Shown here: positions 12,501 to 21,814 of the stretch, piece after piece
Layout: each line of letters begins with the position of its first letter
How positions within the stretch are numbered: position 1 is the first letter of the stretch
Origin: a virus
DNA length: 64,000 nt
Strand: one strand, 5' to 3'
IMG/VR virus record: IMGVR_UViG_3300007735_000798
Span: 40,737 to 104,736 of that record
Translations under genes and position numbers: made by a program
Notes under the pieces: model-generated
Told to the model about the DNA's origin: nothing
The model's database searches: none
Seen by the model: only the letters and a program-made list of their open reading frames with translations

Positions 12501-15500
12501 GGATTTACGCCAGTTAATAACCCTAATTTTTTACCCGTTTCTTCGTCTAATTTTTTTAAAATAGGCAATGCCTCTTCTCCCTTTTTACCCTGTAAAGCCA
12601 TTCCAATGAATGTATCTCCAAGAAGTTTTATATTTTTTTCAACATCAGCGGTATCTGTTCCCCTAAATAAATAGTTATCTCGTCTACTAGCTAATTCACT
12701 AACCTTCTCGACATTAGCTCTATTTTCCTCTGCGCGTTGTTTTTCTCCTCTTATTTTTGCCATTTCTGCTTGTTGCGCAGTTTTTCCTTGTTTGCTTACA
12801 ATTCTTGCCTGATCTTCTGGTGAAAAATCTGCAAGAGCAGCGGCATATTCATCTTGGGCCTGTTTTACTTTTTGTGGATTTGGAACGGCTTCACTTAAAG
12901 CATTTTTTAAATTTTCGCTAGCAGTTGTTAATCTAGCTGAAGCATCATTAAATTTTGTTAATTCTTGACTAGCTTTTTCATGTGCGGCAATCGCTTCTGG
13001 TAATGTATTATTAAGCTCACTAAAATAATCATTCGCAGCCATAACTCCTCCAGCTATAAGCCCAATCGCGCCACCCGCAGCAGCCCCATAAGGACCAAAA
13101 GCCAGTCCTAATTGAGCACCAGTAGCTCCTAAACTTAGTGCTTGTCCCGCACCAGTAACAGCTGCCGCCGTTGCTCGTCCTTGCGGACTTGTCTGTGAAA
13201 TAGTATTTTTAATAGTGGCCGCAAGAATTGGAGCACCAATTGCTATTGCACTTCCATATGCATCCGCAGCAGCACCAAATTTTTTTACACCTTTGGCTGA
13301 ATCACCCAATGCTTGAAGATTTTGTCTATATTGATTTGTTGTTCCACTTAATACATAACTAAGTCCAACTAATTGAATACTTAACGCACCAAGTGCTGAA
13401 CTAGTACTTGTAGGCTCTTCTGCATAATTTGGTACAAAACCGCGAGAATACATTCCAATACCTTTTCGCTCGCGCCCAATAGCATCTTTTAATCCATTTG
13501 GTTCATCGCGTGTATTTGTCACAGCAATTGGGTTTCCATTTTTATCAAAATGTGCACGAATTTGAGAAACTGGAACGCCACGATTAGTAGAAGCAAAATT
13601 TGGAATAAAACCTTTCGCCATTCCTCTACTTAAAAATGCTGGAATATCTTTTTCAAAAATTCTACCAGGACCATTAGCTTGTTTAATTGGCCAAACAATT
13701 TGATCTTTACTTAAAGGTAGTCCATAAACAGAGGCACCACCAGTCTCCATATCTGGAAGTAGTTCTGAACTTTTTAGTTTATCCCTATTATATCTTACTA
13801 ACCAAGAACTTTGTTTTCTAGCTGAAGCCCAATTTTTTGCACGACCAATATTTTGTTTATAAGCTTGCCTATCGCTCATTTTTTCCCCTGGTCGGGAAAG
13901 AGCATCCCACATGTAAGTTCCAGAGCCACCAAAATATTCCATAGCAGATTGGTCAGAAGATCTATTTCGGAAGGCCCATCCTTTACCGAATTTAGATAAC
14001 ATCATTTTTAATTCTTTGTCATCTACGGCTCTTACGAGTGGTGCTGCAAAATTTGGAATAAAACCGCGCGCATAAATTGGAAAATCTTCTTCTCTTTTTA
14101 GTTGGCCTTTATTTTCTACATATTTTCTAACCATTTGACTATCAAAAGCGATACCCTTGCCACCATGAGTTCTAGATAATCTAAATAAAACTCTTTGAAT
14201 ATCAAATTCTTTTCCTGGAAATTTTTTTAATAATAATTGGTAGACTTTATCATCTACAATTCTTTTTTTAGGGAAGGTAATTTGTCCATAAGCTCCTTTA
14301 TAACCTTCTTGTTCTTCATCTGGAGAGGCAAATGCTTGGGCAACTTTTTTATTTTTAGAAGTGCTCATCATTCGCCAATTAACATCAGTCTCAAAATCTT
14401 GAGAAACTTGATCAAAAATAGCATCTTTAATCCCAGTAGGTTCAAAATCATCACCAGGAGTACCTAACATAGTAAAATCTTTATGTCTATAATCGTCTTT
14501 TCTACCAGCTCTTAGATTAAAAATACTTTGTTTATTTAATTTTTTAAAATCTTTTCCAGGAACTGAAACGCCACGATATAATTTTTCTGTTTGTTCTGAT
14601 CTGCCTAATTTTTTAATTATAGATAAATATTCTCTTAAAATTTGAGCATCAATTGCTTGGGATTTAAAATTAGGATTAGTATTAATATCTTTACGTCTTA
14701 GTGCTAAATCTTTACCAGTAGCTCTTGGTAAATCTTTAAAGTCAATACCACCCAAAAATTTTGGTGATGCAAAATTTGGAATAAAACCAAAAGCAGCTCC
14801 AGGCCTACGAAGAAACTCCATTTCTTTCATTTTTGTGGCTTGAGATTTAAAACCCATTTTTAACGCACGTTCTCCACGAGAACTTCTAGCAAATTGAGTA
14901 ACTTGATCAAAATCGTTTTTTGTCAAACCATTTTCTTCAAATTGTTTTTGAACATATTTCCAATCTCCGATTTTTAATGCATCGACATTAAAAGATCTCC
15001 CAAGCCAACCTTCACCCAACGCTCTAGATAAAGCTTCAATTTTAGCACGACCCTTTAGTGGGAATCCAGGTTGTTTTAGAAAAGCGTCTAAACCAGAAGT
15101 ATTAACGCCCAATTTTGTTGCGGCTTTTATATAAGCATTATTCGATAAACCACTACCCTCCGATAACTTAGTAGATATATTAGGATTAGTTATTCTACTA
15201 TTTATAATTTCTATTAATTTTGAATTTGCAAAATTTGGAACAAAACCAGCAGCCATACCTTTTGATCTACTAATTCTTGCCATTTCTTCTTTAATTGCTT
15301 TTTCTAGTTGTGGTCCTCTTCTTAGATTTTGTCCTTGAAGATTTTTTAAAGCTTCTGTTCTTAATGCTTGTGATTGCTTATAACCAGCACCACTTTTTAC
15401 TTGCTTTACTTCTCCAACTTTAGCTTCTTGTAGTAACTTGCTCATTACATCATTAACTAATTCTGGAGAATATTTAGCATCATACATTCCAGGAGCACCA

Positions 15501-18445
15501 TGAAATAGATTTCTTAGTTTAGGGGTTATTCTATTTTGACGAAAATCAATTCCTGCATTTTGAGAAGTTTTTTGTAAATTTTGTTGAAGTAAAGTAAGTA
15601 AACCACCTTCAAAAGCAACGCCAACAGCCCCTTTTGCCGCACCAAAATTTGGAAGGTCTTGTGCTGATTTTAAGAAATTACCCCCGCCAATTGCTTGACC
15701 AAATTGATTTGCCTCACGAACTAATAGGTCACCTAAATTTTTATCTAAATCTGGAAGTTCGCCCTTAAGAACTTGCTTATTAATTCCAGCTACGGGAATT
15801 AAACCTTTATATTGTTGTCCTAAATAACTTGCTGTTGCTGGGGTCATCGAATATCCTTCAGAAACCCCTGGATGAATTAGAGAAACAACTTTGCCTTTTA
15901 ATGCTGGAGAAGTTGTTGTATCTCCAAGATCAATCAAATTTTTTCCTTGCGCAAAATTTGGAATAAAACCAGAAGCACGATTTTTAAATTTTGATGCAAT
16001 TATATTTGCAGCAGAAGCTCGCACTTTAGGATCGTTAAAATTTTTACCTTTTCCAGCAACATTTCCAAAAAGAGTTTTTCTATCAATATTTCTAACAGAA
16101 TCAATTAGAATGTTTGATAAAAATAAAGAATCTCCTTTTTCGAGACCAGAATTTTTAAAAACTGAAGAATTAGCAACGCTAGGATTTTTCTTTAAAATTG
16201 CCCCAACACCAGCACGTAAATTTACTATTTTATCACGATTACCATCTCCTGGAACTAAAATTGATCCACCACTTCCAGGTGGAATTACTTGATTTCCAAG
16301 AATTTGTGACCCCGAAAGTCTTAATATTTTAGATATATAACTAGCTTTATTACCTTCAGATTCGCTTAATTTTGCATCTCCATATAATGTTCTTCTATTA
16401 ATACCAAGAAGATTTTTAACTTCTGGATTTACTCTTGCGCTAGATAATACGTTTGGTGCAAAATCTATAATATCAGAATCTTCTAAATAAGCTTTTTTAA
16501 GACCTAATGATAAAGCAATAGCATTGTCAAAAACTTTACCAGCAGCAAAACTTTTTTGATATTGAGATATATTTTTTTCATTTGCAAAATTTGGAATATA
16601 TCCTTTCGCCGCCATTTGTACACCATTTCCATACATTGGAATAACCATTGAATCACCATTACTACCAACTCCAGGATATTCAATTTCTTGGTTATTCATT
16701 ACAAATTTTTTACCACCGATTGTACCTTGCGACATGTGTGGCCGAACAGAAGGAGTTGCACCTAAAGCAATTGCCTGTGCTTTTTCAATTTGCTTATCCG
16801 AAGCAAAATTTGGAATATAACCAGCGGCTTTACCAGTTTTTTTCGTTGGCGCTATTGGTACTCCGCCAGTAACACGAACTCCAGCACCATAAAACGCTTT
16901 AGAAATTTGCGCTGCCACCGCAGCTTGTTTTTGTAATTCAACAGTTTGTTTTTGTAAATTTGCTAACAAACTATTAGCGGCAGCATTCAAACCCTGCTCA
17001 CCTTTTAAAGCAAGTTCAAGAAGCTGTGGATTTTTAGATAAAATTTGATTGATACTTTGTTGTAAACTTTGTTGTTGTACTGCGGCCTGATTTAAACCAA
17101 GAAGTTGTTGGACACTTCCAGTTGCAAATTTCCCTAAATCACGAAAAAGTTTAAGTAATACTCCCCCAATAATTGCTAAACCAGGACCCGCAATAAATTG
17201 AGCCAAACCATCTATAATACCTTTACCAAGTGCAGATCCAACTCCAGTTCCTTCAGATTCGTTTACCCCACCCAATATTTTATTAGCTCCACCGACAACA
17301 CGTTCGAATGCTGGACCGAGTAAACGGTTTCCAGCCGTTGCCGCTAATTGTGTGGCATTTTGTTTTAATGTATTAATTTGTGCGGCATAAGTTTTATTTA
17401 GCGCGTCATTTCTTTTAACGGCTTCGTCTGTAGAACTAGCTGCAACATTTAAAGCGCTATTATAAATAGAATATTCTTTACCTAAATCAGCAAGAGCGGC
17501 TTTTAAAATGTTAATTTGAAAAACACCACCAACCTGTTCGGCTACATAAGCTTGTTGTTGCGCTCCAAGAGTATCATAAACCTTACCTAAATCTTGCAAT
17601 AATTGAATTGTAGATTTTAATTGTCCAGAACTATCAGTAGTACTTATTCCTAAACTTCCTAAAAGATCTTGAACCTTACCACGTTCTAAACGTGTAAAAA
17701 TTGTTTTAAATGAGTTACCAATTACAGCGCCACCGCGTGCAGTAGTTTGCTGTGCTGATGTGACAATAGCAATAAGTTCATTAAGTGAAACCCCAGATTG
17801 TGCAGCACTACTACCAACACGACTAATAGCTTCTGCAAGATCCGCCGAACTAACTGCGAAAGCAGCATCAACATTAGCAAATTTATTTACAACTTCACTA
17901 GCGGTTACAGCTTGACTCGCAAAAGAATTGACTGCGGCAGTAAGGGCTTCAACACTTTTTGCCGCATCAAGACCACTTAAACGTGAAAGAATAAGAGCTT
18001 CATTAGTACGTTTTAATGTTTCTGCGACACCCAAACCTTGACGAGAAAATTCTGTAGCTGCTTTGGCTACTTCTTGAAACCCCTGTCCAGTATTTTTAGC
18101 AATATTAAACAATTCACCACCAAATTTTTGTAATTGTGAGGCTGAAACATTTAATATAACATTAATATCTTGTAAAGATTTTTGTACTTCAATAGTAGAT
18201 GAAACTAATGCGCTGAAAGCTTTTTCTAAACCATATATAATTCCAGCACTTGCTCCGAATGCGATAACACGGGCATTAGATGCATCTAATGATTTTGTAA
18301 ATTCATTAACTTGCCCAGTAATACGCCCCAAAGGCTGATCGCCTTTAGTTTTTAAGTTAATAGAATAAACTTTATTGACAGTTCTTTGAATATCTCTGTC
18401 TAATTGCCTAGTATTTCCACCAATATCTAATGTAATAGCAGCCAT
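9551..18445 (-). CDS. Tape measure protein with repeat-delimited internal cargo domains
   Basis: 2964 aa; TP901-type TMP core at the N-terminus (EFSRQG, LAEAISRVG, GAVIGNSFKTIFTRL); follows tail tube and two chaperones; 11 GFIPNFA-type repeats. Confidence 0.9.
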   Translation of the reverse strand: MAAITLDIGGNTRQLDRDIQRTVNKVYSINLKTKGDQPLGRITGQVNEFTKSLDASNARVIAFGASAGIIYGLEKAFSALVSSTIEVQKSLQDINVILNVSASQLQKFGGELFNIAKNTGQGFQEVAKAATEFSRQGLGVAETLKRTNEALILSRLSGLDAAKSVEALTAAVNSFASQAVTASEVVNKFANVDAAFAVSSADLAEAISRVGSSAAQSGVSLNELIAIVTSAQQTTARGGAVIGNSFKTIFTRLERGKVQDLLGSLGISTTDSSGQLKSTIQLLQDLGKVYDTLGAQQQAYVAEQVGGVFQINILKAALADLGKEYSIYNSALNVAASSTDEAVKRNDALNKTYAAQINTLKQNATQLAATAGNRLLGPAFERVVGGANKILGGVNESEGTGVGSALGKGIIDGLAQFIAGPGLAIIGGVLLKLFRDLGKFATGSVQQLLGLNQAAVQQQSLQQSINQILSKNPQLLELALKGEQGLNAAANSLLANLQKQTVELQKQAAVAAQISKAFYGAGVRVTGGVPIAPTKKTGKAAGYIPNFASDKQIEKAQAIALGATPSVRPHMSQGTIGGKKFVMNNQEIEYPGVGSNGDSMVIPMYGNGVQMAAKGYIPNFANEKNISQYQKSFAAGKVFDNAIALSLGLKKAYLEDSDIIDFAPNVLSSARVNPEVKNLLGINRRTLYGDAKLSESEGNKASYISKILRLSGSQILGNQVIPPGSGGSILVPGDGNRDKIVNLRAGVGAILKKNPSVANSSVFKNSGLEKGDSLFLSNILIDSVRNIDRKTLFGNVAGKGKNFNDPKVRASAANIIASKFKNRASGFIPNFAQGKNLIDLGDTTTSPALKGKVVSLIHPGVSEGYSMTPATASYLGQQYKGLIPVAGINKQVLKGELPDLDKNLGDLLVREANQFGQAIGGGNFLKSAQDLPNFGAAKGAVGVAFEGGLLTLLQQNLQKTSQNAGIDFRQNRITPKLRNLFHGAPGMYDAKYSPELVNDVMSKLLQEAKVGEVKQVKSGAGYKQSQALRTEALKNLQGQNLRRGPQLEKAIKEEMARISRSKGMAAGFVPNFANSKLIEIINSRITNPNISTKLSEGSGLSNNAYIKAATKLGVNTSGLDAFLKQPGFPLKGRAKIEALSRALGEGWLGRSFNVDALKIGDWKYVQKQFEENGLTKNDFDQVTQFARSSRGERALKMGFKSQATKMKEMEFLRRPGAAFGFIPNFASPKFLGGIDFKDLPRATGKDLALRRKDINTNPNFKSQAIDAQILREYLSIIKKLGRSEQTEKLYRGVSVPGKDFKKLNKQSIFNLRAGRKDDYRHKDFTMLGTPGDDFEPTGIKDAIFDQVSQDFETDVNWRMMSTSKNKKVAQAFASPDEEQEGYKGAYGQITFPKKRIVDDKVYQLLLKKFPGKEFDIQRVLFRLSRTHGGKGIAFDSQMVRKYVENKGQLKREEDFPIYARGFIPNFAAPLVRAVDDKELKMMLSKFGKGWAFRNRSSDQSAMEYFGGSGTYMWDALSRPGEKMSDRQAYKQNIGRAKNWASARKQSSWLVRYNRDKLKSSELLPDMETGGASVYGLPLSKDQIVWPIKQANGPGRIFEKDIPAFLSRGMAKGFIPNFASTNRGVPVSQIRAHFDKNGNPIAVTNTRDEPNGLKDAIGRERKGIGMYSRGFVPNYAEEPTSTSSALGALSIQLVGLSYVLSGTTNQYRQNLQALGDSAKGVKKFGAAADAYGSAIAIGAPILAATIKNTISQTSPQGRATAAAVTGAGQALSLGATGAQLGLAFGPYGAAAGGAIGLIAGGVMAANDYFSELNNTLPEAIAAHEKASQELTKFNDASARLTTASENLKNALSEAVPNPQKVKQAQDEYAAALADFSPEDQARIVSKQGKTAQQAEMAKIRGEKQRAEENRANVEKVSELASRRDNYLFRGTDTADVEKNIKLLGDTFIGMALQGKKGEEALPILKKLDEETGKKLGLLTGVNPDTGEYKKDARPLEEKVKDLQTILEDSLGGVVGSAEFIESTINAAKRTNQDYLDTLIVLQRAASDANYATRQNVTSSNQYAQALRDTENAQLSAAKANEAMIKSLQKNIDLAKKSIVIEQKKRSFAREFSYTEQFTNPAQLISQLTGQESRMTKDFELKSEFAKLNIDFEQSVDDIMVEMATAINDAVLPTKEQLDSDKNLRTRLNISENGKSPVIDAFIEKINSEIIDKKNLQPEYLSEIFTPLLNNLGFFGKPLEDKLSELIGITSKGNDKAEEAAKLLQEKQVKLAQETTQKRLVDAIKQAQNFGGGIEEFINPPKYGESAFDKVAKSANTVAALNTKGVFRTNQFGEYRYQGSEAERARKELLPKYGRNALQYVQSLQELTGYTPDANSQIYKEIVAGLSQNLTNKIQLLTKQVQGNQNLPDQFKTELLTALKQTQALGGEELIAKIQVAQALGVTNESLLQEIRDKIKTTSDTKEKQALEKMLTSYKDDIILSSDPTVQAINITNNILKQILERTGEPGNPTPYIPIAKYKSVESTSNAKGFLPGYNKESRDIGRGVGGAKPGDRPQFIPNLNGSPAFINSGEKLVDNFGGSGQTAVLTRNMQKAIGMAKGFIPNFAEENKNAKFGRTIGLEDTLDSLIPFFEDIWNRFQVNSTTKLASVANSAKNIFKSGAIGIGAEASTQYALDNLFHGGKKSENPYIDQLEKIFSTAVGGAASGLAIGKNPLAAVYGAITSLGIGAGKDLLTTGAMIPDLISSTNGTVFAEAQTLKLKEKLLKSGKLPPGTTPDNLAGGFIPNFAYKNSVMDLEERLSGNKAIYGTKPFPHIRNSSQPTFASAIADHGGLDKALNDSMIGQKSAGLMSRGYIPNFAVSEQSFTQIESSLDTNTSALTSLLSAIQNLNTSLSSLQNTTDASNMQNNQGINSPSIANTTNAPINLVVNAESGGDVASAVAAEIQKQIPRITREIQSAMGIKVPPSKP

Positions 18446-18483
18446 TGTGTATCCTTAATCCTTTGTATAATTAATTACACATT

Positions 18484-19503
18484 TTAATTATTTTCGCGCG
18501 CTTTAAAATAATCAGATTTTTCAAGTGTTCCACCCTGTTCTGCGGCTAATTCTAATAAACTTTTACCCTTTAATTTTTCTATTTTTACACCTAATTGATT
18601 TAAATCTTCTTTTGTAGCCCCCACAAAACTATGAACAGAATTATCTCCATTTCCAGATTTTCTATTTTTAGATTTTATACCAGGTATATTTGATTGATTA
18701 TCAACCCATTGAACAAATTTATCTGGATCATTTACTATTTCATCTAAAATTGGTTTACCATTTTCTGCATGATTTTTTATTATATTTCTATACATTTTAC
18801 CATACAAAATAAGATCAATTTGATATTTTGTACAATTAACCGTTGATTTTCCCCAAAAACTGTAAGCATCTTCGCTTAAATATACAAGATTTTGAAAGAA
18901 ACCACTTGCAGCAATTCTTTTAATATTATCAGTATTAAATATATTTGAATATGTTTCAAAAGCATTTTTAATTTTATCTAGATCCTCTTCTTTTAAATCA
19001 TAATATTCTTCCCTATTATTGAATAGTTTTTCTGAAAATTCTATATTTTTATAACTAAAAAAAAATAATAAATCTTCCGTTAATTTACTATTTGCGTAAT
19101 CTTCCAAAGTATAACCAACAATTTCTCTACGTTCTTTTGTATAAGTAATTAAAATAGCTTGATTTTGTTTTATTTGTTTATCAATTTGCTCTTTCTGGGA
19201 TGATAAAAATAATTTATCTCTAGTTTTATATAAATTTTGTATAGTTTTTTTTAAAAGAGAAATTGTAGATTCTTTTTCTGATGCCCACCAGCCACCTTTA
19301 ATAGCAATCTCTATTTTTTCTTTTTCTGATTGGAGGCCCTTTTTTTGTCCATCACTAATAAAAATATCATAATTAGTATATACTGAAAAATGTTCAGCGA
19401 TACTTGGATGTTTAAAATAAATATATGATTTATTTATTTTTTCTTCAGAAAAGCCTCTGCATATTTGGCTGTAAATTCTACCATATTCTGCATTTTTATC
19501 CAC
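18484..19503 (-). CDS. Putative tail assembly chaperone 2
   Basis: 339 aa; GTG start; directly before TMP. Confidence 0.5.
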   Translation of the reverse strand: MDKNAEYGRIYSQICRGFSEEKINKSYIYFKHPSIAEHFSVYTNYDIFISDGQKKGLQSEKEKIEIAIKGGWWASEKESTISLLKKTIQNLYKTRDKLFLSSQKEQIDKQIKQNQAILITYTKERREIVGYTLEDYANSKLTEDLLFFFSYKNIEFSEKLFNNREEYYDLKEEDLDKIKNAFETYSNIFNTDNIKRIAASGFFQNLVYLSEDAYSFWGKSTVNCTKYQIDLILYGKMYRNIIKNHAENGKPILDEIVNDPDKFVQWVDNQSNIPGIKSKNRKSGNGDNSVHSFVGATKEDLNQLGVKIEKLKGKSLLELAAEQGGTLEKSDYFKARENN

Positions 19504-19504
19504 A

Positions 19505-20305
19505 TTAACTTGGTTTTATTTCTTCTACGAGAACACTATTTTCTTTAACATTTTCTTCAATTTTATTTTCGATGGGATTTTCTTCAATATTGCTTACAGT
19601 ATTCTCTTTCAAGAAGTTTTTATCAAAAGCTGCAAAATCTTCATTTGTATCTACACGACCTAGAAACCAAAGCGTGACTAAATAAGTTATTCTACGAATA
19701 ACACCTAATAAAAATTCATACTTATTTTCTTCTTCTTCTTCAAAACTATCATATTGCAAAAGTTTTTCTTCAAATGTATCACCTTTAAAAATAGATTTAT
19801 AATTATCTCCATCTTTTTCGTATGAAAGATTCATGACCCACCAAAGAATTGCACGATTACGAGCTTTTGCTTCCGCAGTATTTTCAAAAATACTTATTTG
19901 AGAAGCTTCAAAATTTTGAATAGCTTTACGAATATCATCAAGATTATTAATTAATTCATCAGAACGAATTTTTTCTGCATCCGTCCTTTCAGACTCTCCT
20001 TTGATTAGAATTGATTGTAATTCAAAAGAAAGATCACGAAATTTTAAAAGAAGATTTCCATATTCTTCGCGTTCTTGATCACTAATACTACCGCCCCCAT
20101 TGGAAAGAATAGTACCCCAAGCAGCTTTTGGTAACACCCCTGCCTTTGCAAAACGCGATGTTTCGGTGGCATAAAAAAGTTCTCCATCTTCACGTAAACG
20201 ACGATTTGGTTTGAGTAACCCAAATTTTTTAACGATAGTTTCTTGACTACCATCTTCTTTTTTTACAACATTGTTTGCCTCAAATTCGTATAGCCATTTA
20301 TTCAT
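19505..20305 (-). CDS. Putative tail assembly chaperone 1
   Basis: 266 aa, helical and acidic; between tail tube and TMP. Confidence 0.5.
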   Translation of the reverse strand: MNKWLYEFEANNVVKKEDGSQETIVKKFGLLKPNRRLREDGELFYATETSRFAKAGVLPKAAWGTILSNGGGSISDQEREEYGNLLLKFRDLSFELQSILIKGESERTDAEKIRSDELINNLDDIRKAIQNFEASQISIFENTAEAKARNRAILWWVMNLSYEKDGDNYKSIFKGDTFEEKLLQYDSFEEEEENKYEFLLGVIRRITYLVTLWFLGRVDTNEDFAAFDKNFLKENTVSNIEENPIENKIEENVKENSVLVEEIKPS

Positions 20306-20314
20306 ATATTTATA

Positions 20315-20539
20315 TTATTTTCCTTTTAAAGTAAAATCAAAATTATTTAATTGTTCTTCTATATTTCTATGACAATTATTACCATGATCAAGAACACGTT
20401 TTCTTAATCGCTGAAATTCTTCTTCATTAATTTTATTATCACTTTTTAAATCTTCTATACAATATAAAAAACTTAAATATAACTTTTTAATTTCTTTATA
20501 AATAAGACTTTTAACAAAATTATCAATATTGATATCCAT
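20315..20539 (-). CDS. Hypothetical protein
   Basis: 74 aa; GTGTAA motif upstream. Confidence 0.55.
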   Translation of the reverse strand: MDINIDNFVKSLIYKEIKKLYLSFLYCIEDLKSDNKINEEEFQRLRKRVLDHGNNCHRNIEEQLNNFDFTLKGK

Positions 20540-20586
20540 ATATAGAACCTTGAGTAACCTTTTACCTAATAAGGTTTACACCAAAT

Positions 20587-20616
20587 AAAAAAAATGGGCA
20601 CCAAAAGGTGCCCATT
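20587..20616 (-). terminator. Intrinsic terminator after tail tube gene
   Basis: AATGGGCACC-4 nt-GGTGCCCATT hairpin followed by a T tract on the minus strand. Confidence 0.8.
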
Positions 20617-20634
20617 AATTTTAATATAATTATA

Positions 20635-21771
20635 TTATACTCCTTGCGGTGTTGGAGGAGGATTATAACTGCCAGATAAAAAGATACCTCTATCTGTTTG
20701 TTGAGCACTACCAACCTGTACTTCAAATGTCGCACTCATTGTAGCCCCATCACCGATAGCAGAACTAAAGTTTTGGCTTGTTAATTTAGCGCCTCTAAAT
20801 TCATATGTAAGGGCATTGGCTCCAGTTCCGCCACAAGCAGGTTTTTTCATTGTAATTACGAAATTATTTAAATTTGTATCACAAAGTAATGACGATAGAT
20901 CTCCAGTGCCGTTTGATAAGTCGCCAACTTGAGCATTCATAGTTAATGTAGCTGTAAGTGGGAAATCAATTTCACGAGAGAATGCGTAGCGACTACCTAA
21001 TTTTTGAAGTGGTGTACGCCCAATATCAACTGCTAATGAAAAGTCTTGAACTTTTAAATCAACAGGGTCAAAACCTAATAAACCAGTTGGTGTAAACGTA
21101 ATATCACCAGGAAGCAATGCATTTGGAATTGAAGATCCAGTCATGGAAGTAGCTGCTGGAAGTTTAAATTTAACTCCTGTTAATAGTTGACCATCAGCGG
21201 CATTAACACCTGGAGCAACTGCCCCACTCCCACCTGGACTTGCGGCATTAAGATCTCCATAAATACGAACATTCAATCCTTCAATTTCAACGTCAGCACT
21301 TGGAATATCACCAACAGCAGCATTAACTGTATATGAAGTTAAGAAGCCATTTCCAATACCAATTACGCCAGTTCTTGCGCTAGTATAGCCAGCAGCATCA
21401 TTACCTTCGTCAGCAATCATTAAATAATAATTTTTTTGATCAGTTGCTCTTGTCAAAAGTCCAGAAATAATAGAAGCATTACCAGCCGAACCAGTCGTCG
21501 CACTAGTTAAACCCAAAAGTCTTTCATTAAGACCGTCAGTCAAATAGTATGAAAAACTTGCTGTTACAGTTGGAGCTTCTACCTCTAAACGATCAATAGC
21601 GGCTAAATTTCCAAATTGATTGACATCTTGGAAAGTGCGTGTAAAATCTTCATCGAAACTTTGAACACGACCTAATTGTTGAACGGCTCCAAGACCAGTT
21701 TGTTGTCCAGTTGGAGAGACTTGACTCGCATAAAGAGCCAATACATTGTAAATTGTTCTATTTCTTGCCAT
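20635..21771 (-). CDS. Major tail tube protein
   Basis: 378 aa, G/T/S/A-rich; position after tail terminator; own terminator. Confidence 0.7.
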   Translation of the reverse strand: MARNRTIYNVLALYASQVSPTGQQTGLGAVQQLGRVQSFDEDFTRTFQDVNQFGNLAAIDRLEVEAPTVTASFSYYLTDGLNERLLGLTSATTGSAGNASIISGLLTRATDQKNYYLMIADEGNDAAGYTSARTGVIGIGNGFLTSYTVNAAVGDIPSADVEIEGLNVRIYGDLNAASPGGSGAVAPGVNAADGQLLTGVKFKLPAATSMTGSSIPNALLPGDITFTPTGLLGFDPVDLKVQDFSLAVDIGRTPLQKLGSRYAFSREIDFPLTATLTMNAQVGDLSNGTGDLSSLLCDTNLNNFVITMKKPACGGTGANALTYEFRGAKLTSQNFSSAIGDGATMSATFEVQVGSAQQTDRGIFLSGSYNPPPTPQGV

Positions 21772-21814
21772 AATTATAATTACATCTTATTTTTTTGTTA
21801 GACACTCGATATTT

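Noticed and set aside
18484-20305. Programmed frameshift between the tail chaperones
   Set aside because: No clear slippery heptamer near the end of the first gene; the second has its own GTG start 1 nt after the stop.
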